Shown one piece after another: positions 8,748-16,959 of a stretch of 34,578 nucleotides of DNA (its first letter is position 1; each line of letters starts with the position of its first letter). The notes beneath the pieces are model-generated. The model was not told where the DNA came from. It did no database searches and was given only the letters and a program-made list of their open reading frames with translations. Both the position numbers and the translations under genes were made by a program. The DNA lies in the UHGV virus genome UHGV-0107442; one strand, written 5' to 3'. The stretch is from a virus.

Positions 8748-8908
8748 TCCCGATAGGATCCTATCAGAGGGAACAAGGTTGAACAACGAGTGAAGCGAGG
8801 CGTTAGGTATGGCGGTCATGATCTTCAATGGCCGCCAGCTTTGTACTGTTTGCTCAACCAGCGGGTGCAACATACTTTTCTAACTCGAATATAAGATAAG
8901 ATTTTTTA

Positions 8909-8937
8909 TTTACAACACTTGGCTTGTTCCTTAGTAT
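8909..8937 (+). promoter_or_regulatory. Candidate sigma70 promoter for the ATPase-HNH operon
   Basis: TTTACA (8909..8914), 17-bp spacer, TAGTAT (8932..8937), in AT-rich DNA about 45 bp upstream of the ATG at 8983. Confidence 0.4.
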
Positions 8938-8982
8938 CTAGCTAATCCTGAATGTGGGTTAGTGGAAATTACAAGGAAATAT

Positions 8983-10164
8983 ATGAAACTGACTGAGCTA
9001 ACTATAAACGGTATCGGGGGGATAAAGTCCCTGTACGTAAAATTTAGGCCTGACATGAATATTATATGTGGGCCTAACGGAGTTGGAAAATCCACACTCT
9101 TGCTTGCTGCCTCCTTTCCTTTTCTTCATGGATACACTAATAGAATAAAACGCAATGTCACTTCTGAAACAGGAAGTGTTAGTCTAATAATAGAAGATAA
9201 TTCTGTTAACTTTAATTCAGTATTAGATGTTAACGTTCATTTGCCTACAGAAACAATTCACAACTTTAATAATAACGGATTTGATAAGAGGAAACTAATA
9301 AAATTTGAAATATTACGTAACTTTGATTATAAACATCTTGAGGCGTTGAATGCAGATAAATCACTATCCGATGATGCTGTTTCGCAACAGATTAATTTAG
9401 GTGTCAATTTACATGATATCAAGGATTGGTTTGCTAAGAGGGATTTGTTTGAAAAAGTAGATAATGGTTACGGTCCTAATACGATAAAAAATATACATCT
9501 TGCAAGGGAGTGTATATCAATTTTAAACCCTCAGTTTTCTTACAATCGCGTCGATCCTAAATCTTACGATATTTTTGTAAATACCCCGACCGGGGTAATA
9601 TGGTATGAATATCTGTCCTCGGGATTCAAATCATGTATGAGTCTCCTTCTCGGTATTATTAAAGAGATCGAGCTTCGTTATCCGGAGAAAGATATTTACG
9701 CCCAAGAATTTGATGGAGTGATTCTTATCGATGAAATTGAGCTTCATTTGCATCCTGAGTGGCAGGCAAGAATCACTGAAGCCCTTACGACAACATTTCC
9801 ATCAGCACAATTTATTGTCACAACTCACAGCCCACATGTAGTACAGAATGCAAAACCACATCAGATCATTGCGTTAGTACCAGATAATGATGGCACAGTG
9901 AGAGTAAAAGAACTTCCTGAAAATGGCTTGGGTTATTCTGCCTGGACAGTTGAAGAGGTTTTGTTAGATGTAATGGGGATGGAAAGCACTCTCAGTAGAA
10001 AACTACAAGAACTACTTGATAATTTCGAACGTTTTGTTGATGAAGAAAATTTCGACAAGGCGAAAGAAATTTATGATTATTTGGATATGGCATTGCATCA
10101 AAACAGTATTCTTCGTAAATCTCTTAAAATAAGCCTGATGTCAATTCGAGAGAGAGAAGAGTAA
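8983..10164 (+). CDS. ABC/SMC-like P-loop ATPase, Septu PtuA-like
   Basis: ORF 8962..10164 begins with GTG; ATG at 8983 follows AGGAA. Walker A GPNGVGKST, Walker B VILIDEIELHLHP, then TTHSP. 393 aa; the stop abuts the start of the HNH gene. About 33% GC versus about 52% in the phage backbone. Confidence 0.8.
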   Translation: MKLTELTINGIGGIKSLYVKFRPDMNIICGPNGVGKSTLLLAASFPFLHGYTNRIKRNVTSETGSVSLIIEDNSVNFNSVLDVNVHLPTETIHNFNNNGFDKRKLIKFEILRNFDYKHLEALNADKSLSDDAVSQQINLGVNLHDIKDWFAKRDLFEKVDNGYGPNTIKNIHLARECISILNPQFSYNRVDPKSYDIFVNTPTGVIWYEYLSSGFKSCMSLLLGIIKEIELRYPEKDIYAQEFDGVILIDEIELHLHPEWQARITEALTTTFPSAQFIVTTHSPHVVQNAKPHQIIALVPDNDGTVRVKELPENGLGYSAWTVEEVLLDVMGMESTLSRKLQELLDNFERFVDEENFDKAKEIYDYLDMALHQNSILRKSLKISLMSIREREE

Positions 10165-10165
10165 A

Positions 10166-10912
10166 ATGATTAAGCTTGAACGGAACTTTATTCCTGATTT
10201 TTTTACTCGTGTTGATCTTCTATCTTTAACTCAGGAGTTTAAAGATAATGGAACATCTGTTTGGCATCATCCGGAAGTAAAATCGGCATGTCTAAAATTA
10301 AGTAATGGCAAATGTGCATTTTGTGAGGTCAAGCTTGAAGAGGCTAGCACCTATAATGAAATTGAGCATTTTAAGGATAAAAAAAATTTCCCTGATGATG
10401 TTATTAGATGGGAAAATCTCCTTCCTTCATGCCGTCACTGTAATGGTTCAAAACAACGCCATAATGTTGTACTCAATCCTATAATAAATCCATGCAACGA
10501 TTTACCGTCAGAACACCTTTATATGATAGGGTATCGTATTAAAGGTAAAACTGATTTAGGTAAAACAACAGTGGATGTTTTAAACTTTAATCACAGGGAG
10601 CACAAGTTTATACCGCGTTGTAAAGCAGGGGAACTTATAGATAGCAGTATTGATGACGCAATAGAAAAACTTAATTGGTTTAATGAGAATCCAAGTACTA
10701 GACGTAAAAACATTCTTATGAATCTAGTCGAGGCAATATTAGGTGAGTGTCAGAAAACATCTCCCTTTTCTGCAGTATCAGCAACAATGCTTCATCGTTC
10801 AGTCGAATATTCTTATCTGAAAGAAACCATGCAGATGCAAGGATTATGGTCAGATTATATGCAGGAACTTCATGATGAATCTTTGAGCCTGACGTTACCG
10901 TCAATTCGCTAG
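10166..10912 (+). CDS. HNH endonuclease, Septu PtuB-like
   Basis: 248 aa with CAFCE...EIEHFKDKKNFPDDVIRWENLLPSCRHCNGSK (CxxC...H...N...CxxC HNH core). ATG 10166 is 1 nt after the ATPase stop. Confidence 0.8.
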   Translation: MIKLERNFIPDFFTRVDLLSLTQEFKDNGTSVWHHPEVKSACLKLSNGKCAFCEVKLEEASTYNEIEHFKDKKNFPDDVIRWENLLPSCRHCNGSKQRHNVVLNPIINPCNDLPSEHLYMIGYRIKGKTDLGKTTVDVLNFNHREHKFIPRCKAGELIDSSIDDAIEKLNWFNENPSTRRKNILMNLVEAILGECQKTSPFSAVSATMLHRSVEYSYLKETMQMQGLWSDYMQELHDESLSLTLPSIR

Positions 10913-10938
10913 TTAATACAGTTTTGCCCATAAAAGCT

Positions 10939-10974
10939 AAACGTTCAGATATTCTTGGCTGAACGTTTGATTTT
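10939..10974 (+). terminator. Rho-independent terminator after the HNH gene
   Basis: Stem AAACGTTCAG (10939..10948), 10-nt loop, CTGAACGTTT (10959..10968), followed by GATTTTAT. Confidence 0.6.
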
Positions 10975-11257
10975 ATGAAGACGATAAGCAGATTGGGCCC
11001 GAGTGAGTATCTCGGGAAAATAAACCATTTACATACTATGTTTAACGTTCAAAGCACACCTCAAGCTTTCTTAGTTCTTCTGCTTCGATATATAAACGGT
11101 CATTTGGTTACGAACATTCACTTCTCCCCTAAGTGCATGGCTATGCTGCATGAGATCGCATGACCGTTTGAGGAGCGTTGTAACGCAGGCGTGCCAGTTG
11201 TGACGGACTTTTTCGTATGTTATGCACCTGCATGAAAACCATTGCACAAAGCGGGCA

Positions 11258-11284
11258 GGCGTGGCGGGGATACGAGCGCGCGCT
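11258..11284. other. cos-like sequence (P2/186-type cohesive-end site)
   Basis: GGCGTGGCGGGGA at 11258..11270 matches the first 13 nt of the 186 cohesive end (GGCGTGGCGGGGAAAGCAT as remembered) and 12 of 13 of P2. The following GCGCGCT also resembles sequence next to P2 cos. The last 6 nt of the 19-mer differ, so this is not certain. Confidence 0.45.
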
Positions 11285-11378
11285 AACTCATAAATCCTAG
11301 ATTATTAGTGGATTTATCTCATTGAAATGTGCACTATTCCCAGCATTGAGTTGTACCAGATGTCTTTATGGAGGGACT

Positions 11379-13145
11379 GTGGCTTTTGTAACTGATATTC
11401 GGCTTGAAGATAATGCTATTGCTGCACCTGCGACAGCACAGGTTATGGCTCAGAGGCTAGGATCTGTATTACGTAAGAGATATGAAGAATTCATCCATAA
11501 AAGAGAGTGTGCACCAGGCCAAGCAGACTATGATGTAAAAATGGCTAGCAGGGCTTTAGCTGCATTCACTATGTATCAGTTAGGATGTGTGGATGATAAG
11601 TATGCAGGGGAGTCTGTATGTGATAGTAGTGAAGATGGTGGTATAGATGGAATAGCAATCAACCATAACGAAAAAATCGTTGTTGTTGTTCAATCAAAAT
11701 TTCACCAATCGGGAAACGGCACTTGGACAAGAGCCGATTTTATGTGTTTTAAGGATGCTTGTGAGAAGCTACAAAGTGAAAGATACGAATTATTTGATTC
11801 CATATTGCAAAATAAAAGCGGGGAAATAAGTGCGGCTTTAAGTAGTTTTGAATACAAGTTCATCTTTGCGATGGCGCATACAGGTAAAAAAGGTGCTGCA
11901 GAGGAAATATTAAATGATATGCGGGAATGGCAATATCAATTAAACGCTGCAGCTTTTACACCTGAGGATGAGCCTAAAGAGAACTGGGGATTTCAGGTTC
12001 ATTTAATATCCTCTGAAGATATGATGCATTGGTTACAGAATGGCTCTCGAAATCAAATTGATCTTAACAGGGTTGAAATTGAGCGTTTTGGATTTTTGAA
12101 TGAACCATATCAAGCTTTTTACGGGGCTATTAGTGGTGATCAAGTTGCAGAATGGTGGGAAGAGCATGGTGCTCGATTATTTACAAAAAACATAAGGAAT
12201 ATGCTTGGTAAAACAGAAGTGAATGAGGAAATAAAAAAGACAGCTATAGATAATCCTGATATGTTTTGGTTTTATAATAATGGGATTACTGTACTGGTTA
12301 AGGAGGTTGTTCCTCATAGACGAAACGCAGCTCCTAATATAGAGAGAGGGATTTTTGATTTTCGTGATGTAAGTGTCATTAATGGTGCACAAACAGTCAG
12401 TAGTATTGGCGCATGTAAAGATGCGCTTGGTGAAAACATATATAGACTCAAAGTGCCAGCCAGATTCATTGTTATAGATGATGATACTGATAATTTAACT
12501 GCAAATGCGATTACAAAAGCTAACAATTTCCAAAATAGAGTATTGGGAAGAGATTTTGCGTCGCAGCAGGCAGATCAACATAGATTGGCAAGGGAGTTAG
12601 TGCTTGAAGGATATCAATATCAGTTACTAAGAACAGATGAAGATCATTCACAGACAAATACGAAAGTCATTGACTTGGATGAGGCGCTCAATGCACTCGC
12701 ATGTTTAAGTAAAAATAATACGGTTGTATCGACACTAAAATCAAATCGCGGTAGGTTTTTTGAAAATTTTGAAGGCTCTCTATATAAAACTATTTTCAAT
12801 CCAAGATTAAGTGGTTTAAAACTTATCAATACTGTTCTACATTTTAGAGTTATAGATAAGTTGATCGGTAAAACATTACTATCAGTAGATAAAACTACCC
12901 ATAGTCGCAAGCATTTAATTATTACGCATGGTAATAGATACTATGCGTCTGTGCTATTGAGCAACGTTTCTGGGATACATAATAGCTCAGAAATTCTTGT
13001 TCCAGATGAAAAAAATCTTTCAGAAGAATTAAGTGCATTAATTCAACGTGCTGAAGAGTACATTGAAGATAATTACCCGAATGCCTATCCGGCAAGATTT
13101 TTTGCAAATCCAACGAAAATACAAGAGTTATACGATAATGTTTAA
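11379..13145 (+). CDS. AIPR-family (abortive-infection phage-resistance) protein with an N-terminal PD-(D/E)xK-like nuclease motif
   Basis: ORF 11322..13145 begins with TTG. Start uncertain: GTG 11379 (GGAGGG 3 nt upstream) or ATG 11445. N-terminal DSSEDGGIDGIAI...VVVVQSKF resembles Mrr/restriction-endonuclease-like D...QxK. Central WFYNNGITVLV...VINGAQT matches the AIPR hallmark as remembered. AT-rich. Confidence 0.7.
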   Translation: MAFVTDIRLEDNAIAAPATAQVMAQRLGSVLRKRYEEFIHKRECAPGQADYDVKMASRALAAFTMYQLGCVDDKYAGESVCDSSEDGGIDGIAINHNEKIVVVVQSKFHQSGNGTWTRADFMCFKDACEKLQSERYELFDSILQNKSGEISAALSSFEYKFIFAMAHTGKKGAAEEILNDMREWQYQLNAAAFTPEDEPKENWGFQVHLISSEDMMHWLQNGSRNQIDLNRVEIERFGFLNEPYQAFYGAISGDQVAEWWEEHGARLFTKNIRNMLGKTEVNEEIKKTAIDNPDMFWFYNNGITVLVKEVVPHRRNAAPNIERGIFDFRDVSVINGAQTVSSIGACKDALGENIYRLKVPARFIVIDDDTDNLTANAITKANNFQNRVLGRDFASQQADQHRLARELVLEGYQYQLLRTDEDHSQTNTKVIDLDEALNALACLSKNNTVVSTLKSNRGRFFENFEGSLYKTIFNPRLSGLKLINTVLHFRVIDKLIGKTLLSVDKTTHSRKHLIITHGNRYYASVLLSNVSGIHNSSEILVPDEKNLSEELSALIQRAEEYIEDNYPNAYPARFFANPTKIQELYDNV

Positions 13146-13149
13146 ACTA

Positions 13150-13173
13150 AAGGGAGGTTGCCTCCCTTTTTTT
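13150..13173. terminator. Bidirectional terminator between the convergent AIPR and portal genes
   Basis: AAGGGAGG-TTG-CCTCCCTT hairpin (13150..13168) running into a T-run through 13173, with an A-rich stretch on the other side. It fills almost all of the 30-bp gap between the two stops. Confidence 0.65.
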
Positions 13174-13175
13174 AA

Positions 13176-14201
13176 TTAGAAATGGTATTCTTGGAATTCA
13201 ATAACACCTTCTTTTATGAAATTGTTTATTTCTTGTAATCTTTTTTGCAATGGCAATAATTCATTACGTACAAATACTTTACTCGCCTTCTCTACATCTC
13301 CAAAGCCCCCAACATTATTAGGCATTATCCCCATCATTTGCGGTGGCACACGATGCGCCGCCATCATGTCATCCCGGCTCACGTTCTTGATGTTTAGAAA
13401 CTCATCCTTCGCCGCCACTTCTGACAACGGGATAATCTGAAGTCCGTCCTTTTTCCCGTTAGGCGAGTACATAAACAGGTTGCGGAAGTTACCTGGTCCT
13501 TTGGCGCTTTTCATCGCATTGCGGAGGTTGTTCACATCCTCCTGGTTTTGCGCGGCATCGGTCATGTACATGATGAAGCCTGCATGACTGCCGTTAATGT
13601 AATACTTTCGGCGGAACAGCGTGGCGGACTCGTTGAGCAGGGCTGACGGAATGGCAGAAAGGTAACCTGGCAGGCCGTAGATCTCCTGGTTGATGTCCGG
13701 TTCCATCAGATGAAAGATGCTTCCTTTCGTGAACTGATATGGCTGCGTGGTCATACCGTATTGCACAAACCAGTAGGTATCCAGGTCTAACCCGCGTCGG
13801 GTGTATTTTGCCAGGGCAGGTTCAAGGGCGATAACTTCACCGAAGCGGTTAGTGCGTTTCTCCAGGTAGGCGTTACCAAAAACCAGATAGTCCTGCACAA
13901 AACGTGAAAAAGCCTGCTGGCTGAGCAGCGGGTGAGGGATATAGGTGCTGGACAGAATGTTGCACTTTACTGCAATCGGGGAGCTGTGATGTACGGCAGC
14001 GCGGAAGGTTCGCGCCAGCCCGTCGAAACTCACTGGTGGCTCATACCAGCGGTCCATCTGTACGCATTCCACATAGTCCAGTAATTCGCGGCGGTCCAGA
14101 ACAGGAACGGGATCACCGAAGCTGAATGCTTCGGCTGAAGTTTGGTTTTTATGCTGGATCTGGTTCGTCGCCGCAGCGCGGTTTTTCTTACTCTTTCCCA
14201 T
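13176..14201 (-). CDS. Q: Portal protein (P2 gpQ family)
   Basis: 341 aa from ATG 14201 (-); the track's 14204 start is TTG. Size and position match P2 Q; the start overlaps the P stop (ATGA). Confidence 0.9.
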   Translation of the reverse strand: MGKSKKNRAAATNQIQHKNQTSAEAFSFGDPVPVLDRRELLDYVECVQMDRWYEPPVSFDGLARTFRAAVHHSSPIAVKCNILSSTYIPHPLLSQQAFSRFVQDYLVFGNAYLEKRTNRFGEVIALEPALAKYTRRGLDLDTYWFVQYGMTTQPYQFTKGSIFHLMEPDINQEIYGLPGYLSAIPSALLNESATLFRRKYYINGSHAGFIMYMTDAAQNQEDVNNLRNAMKSAKGPGNFRNLFMYSPNGKKDGLQIIPLSEVAAKDEFLNIKNVSRDDMMAAHRVPPQMMGIMPNNVGGFGDVEKASKVFVRNELLPLQKRLQEINNFIKEGVIEFQEYHF

Positions 14202-15967
14202 CAAAAAATCTCCACAATATTGCTGGTATTGGCGGACTCGCCCTGCAGCGGTTCGTTAAACAGTGCGTGCATTGTTGCCCAGGCCAGATCGGCATGGCTG
14301 GCTTCTTCGCTGCGGCTGGCTTCATAGGTTGGGCGGTTGCCGCTGGCGGTGGTGGCGCGACGGATTGCCATAAATGACTGCGCTATGTCGGTGTGTCCGG
14401 CGTCAAACTCCAGACGACGGTGACTGATAATGTCGTAGGCCTTGAGTACCAGGGCGTTTTTAACGTTGGGGTTGTAGACAAACTCCCGGACGGCTGGAAA
14501 AAACGCTTTCACGTTCTCGTAAACCCCGTGGCCGACACCTGTCGAGTCGATGCCGATGTAGGTCACGTTGTACTGTTCGGTCAGTTTTTTGATGGCGTCA
14601 GCCTGGGCGCGAAAGTCCATTCCGCGCCACTGGTGACGCTCAAGAATGCGGAACTTGCCGCCCGGTACGGTTGGCGGAGCCACCACCACGCATCCGGCGC
14701 TGTCGCCATTCTGCGTACCTTTCGCCGGGTCATAACCGATCCATACTTCGCGCCAGCCAAACGGGCGCAGGGCCAGTGCATGAAAGTCAGTCCAGACTTC
14801 CCAGCTGTCTACCATGCACGCCTGCAGCTCGCTGAGCGGGAACACGGACGCGAGATCGTCCACAAACTCGCACATCAGCAGGTTCTGGTATTCGTCCGGG
14901 CTGTACTCCATGCGCAACTGGTCAAGGTCGAACAGGTTACAGCCGCCGCGCACCGCATCTTCCACGGTGACTATCTGGCGGTATTGCCCGTCTGCGCACA
15001 GCAGGCCGGGGGCCAGATTGCTGTGGGACAGGTCGATGTCCACCTTATCGGCTTTGTTGCGCCCACGGTTGAACAGCGCACCGGACCAGAACGGATAAGC
15101 ACTGTGGGTCAGGCTGGATGGTGTGGAAAAATAGGTCTGCCGCCATTTCTTGTGAATAGCCATACCGGAAGCCACTTTGCGTAGCTCCTGAAATTTCGGT
15201 ATCCAGAAATATTCATCCAGATACAGGTTGCCGTGATAACTCTGAGCCGTGCGGGCATTGGTGCCGAGGAAGTAAAGCGTGGCCCCGTTAGGAAGCACCA
15301 TCGGATCGCCTTTCAGTTCCACATCCACTTCTTTGGCGAAGTCGATGATGTACTGCTTAAAGACGTGGGCCTGTGCCTTACTGGCGGAAAGAAAAATCTG
15401 GTTACGTCCGGTAAGCAGGGCGTCAATCAGGGCTTCACGGGCAAAGTAAAAGGTCGCGCCGATCTGGCGTGACTTCAGCAGGTTGCGGATGCGGTTGGTT
15501 TTTCCGACTTCCCACCAGTGGCGCTGGTAGTTGAACATGGAGGAATGGAAGATTTCTTCCAGCTTCTCAATCTGTTCATCGGTGAAGACATTCTTTTCCG
15601 GCTGACGGCGCGGGCCTTTGTTGCGGTTGGCGACGTTAGGGTTTAAGTCAGCTTCGTTGCCGCCATTGTTAAACTTGCCGATCCGCGCGTGGCGCTCCGA
15701 CTGGCGCGCCAGCAGGTCAATCTCTTTGAAATCTTTCCCTTCTTTGTGCTCCTTCATGATGAGCTGGCAGTAGCGTGCGGCGGTGGTGAGCTGCATCTGA
15801 TCCAGCGGCCCATAGTCACCCCACTTGTCGCGTTTTTTCCAGCTGTGAACGGTTGCAACTTTCTCGCCCAGCATTTCAGCAATGCGGGCTACGCGGTATC
15901 CCTGAAAGTACAGCAGCATGGCCTGCCGACGGGGATCGAGATCTGCGGGTGTCAGTGTGGTGTTCAT
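14201..15967 (-). CDS. P: Terminase large (ATPase) subunit (P2 gpP family)
   Basis: 588 aa; the P-then-Q leftward operon is characteristic of P2-like phages. ATG at 15967 (-). Confidence 0.9.
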   Translation of the reverse strand: MNTTLTPADLDPRRQAMLLYFQGYRVARIAEMLGEKVATVHSWKKRDKWGDYGPLDQMQLTTAARYCQLIMKEHKEGKDFKEIDLLARQSERHARIGKFNNGGNEADLNPNVANRNKGPRRQPEKNVFTDEQIEKLEEIFHSSMFNYQRHWWEVGKTNRIRNLLKSRQIGATFYFAREALIDALLTGRNQIFLSASKAQAHVFKQYIIDFAKEVDVELKGDPMVLPNGATLYFLGTNARTAQSYHGNLYLDEYFWIPKFQELRKVASGMAIHKKWRQTYFSTPSSLTHSAYPFWSGALFNRGRNKADKVDIDLSHSNLAPGLLCADGQYRQIVTVEDAVRGGCNLFDLDQLRMEYSPDEYQNLLMCEFVDDLASVFPLSELQACMVDSWEVWTDFHALALRPFGWREVWIGYDPAKGTQNGDSAGCVVVAPPTVPGGKFRILERHQWRGMDFRAQADAIKKLTEQYNVTYIGIDSTGVGHGVYENVKAFFPAVREFVYNPNVKNALVLKAYDIISHRRLEFDAGHTDIAQSFMAIRRATTASGNRPTYEASRSEEASHADLAWATMHALFNEPLQGESANTSNIVEIF

Positions 15968-16013
15968 GGCACAAACCTACAACCTTGAATGAAGGCTTTC
16001 CCCGCCTGCGGTT

Positions 16014-16031
16014 TGTGTGGTTGTCGGTACA
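16014..16031. promoter_or_regulatory. TGT-N12-ACA element between divergent P and O; candidate Ogr/Delta-type late-activator site
   Basis: TGT (16014..16016), 12 nt, ACA (16029..16031). P2-family late promoters carry this dyad upstream of the -35 region. It is the only such site in the 142-bp P-O intergenic region. Confidence 0.45.
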
Positions 16032-16109
16032 AATACCGCGCATTGTTTCACTGCCCCCATCACCGCAACCATAAGGCTCCAGTAAGTTTTTTCTAACGGA
16101 GCACGGCTC

Positions 16110-16943
16110 ATGACAGTGAAAGCAAAGCGTTTTCGCATCGGGGTGGAAGGTGCCACCACCGACGGACGCGAAATCCAGCGTGAATGGCTGGAACAGATGG
16201 CAGCCAGCTACAACCCGACGGTGTACACCGCGCTGATTAACCTTGAGCACATCAAGTCTTATCTGCCGGACAGCACCTTTAACCGCTACGGCAAGGTGAC
16301 GGCGCTGTTTGCTGAAGAAATCACGGAAGGTCCGCTGGCAGGCAAGATGGCGCTGTATGCCGACGTTGAGCCAACGGAGTCCCTGGTGGAGCTGGTGAAA
16401 AAAGGCCAGAAATTATTCACCTCTATGGAAGTCAGCCCGAAGTTCGCTGATACGGGCAAAGCCTACCTGGTCGGCCTGGCTGCCACTGATGACCCTGCCA
16501 GTCTGGGCACTGAAATGCTGACATTCAGCGCCAGTGCAGCCCATAACCCGCTGGCAAACCGCAAGCAGAATCCTGCCAATCTCTTTACCGCTGCAGAGGA
16601 AACGGTGATCGAACTGGAAGAAATCCAGGATGACAAACCGTCCCTGTTTGCCCGTGTCACGGCGCTGTTCACCAAAAAAGAGCAGTCCGATGACGCCCGG
16701 TTCTCTGATGTGCATAAGGCCGTGGAGCTGGTCGCCACTGAGCAGCAGAACCTGAGCGCACGCACCGAAAAATCCCTGTCTGAGCAGGAAGAACGTCTGT
16801 CTGAGCTGGAGACTGCTCTGCAGGCACAGCAGACCGCCTTTAACGAACTGGTGAATAAGCTGAGTCATGAAGACAGCCGCCAGGACTACCGCCAGCGTGC
16901 AACAGGCGGTAACGCCCCCGCTGACACTCTGACCAATTGCTGA
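16110..16943 (+). CDS. O: Capsid scaffolding protein (P2 gpO family)
   Basis: 277 aa, first gene of the rightward head operon; Glu/Gln-rich predicted coiled-coil C-terminal half. Confidence 0.85.
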   Translation: MTVKAKRFRIGVEGATTDGREIQREWLEQMAASYNPTVYTALINLEHIKSYLPDSTFNRYGKVTALFAEEITEGPLAGKMALYADVEPTESLVELVKKGQKLFTSMEVSPKFADTGKAYLVGLAATDDPASLGTEMLTFSASAAHNPLANRKQNPANLFTAAEETVIELEEIQDDKPSLFARVTALFTKKEQSDDARFSDVHKAVELVATEQQNLSARTEKSLSEQEERLSELETALQAQQTAFNELVNKLSHEDSRQDYRQRATGGNAPADTLTNC

Positions 16944-16959
16944 TGGAGCACAAAACCTG

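Noticed and set aside
10975-11163. 62-aa ORF between the HNH terminator and the cos-like site
   Set aside because: No convincing RBS, no recognisable motif, and it lies in the non-coding cos-proximal region; treated as a chance ORF.
14393-15184. 263-aa plus-strand ORF inside the terminase large-subunit gene
   Set aside because: Antisense shadow ORF in GC-rich coding DNA; the opposite strand encodes a protein with clear P2 gpP similarity.
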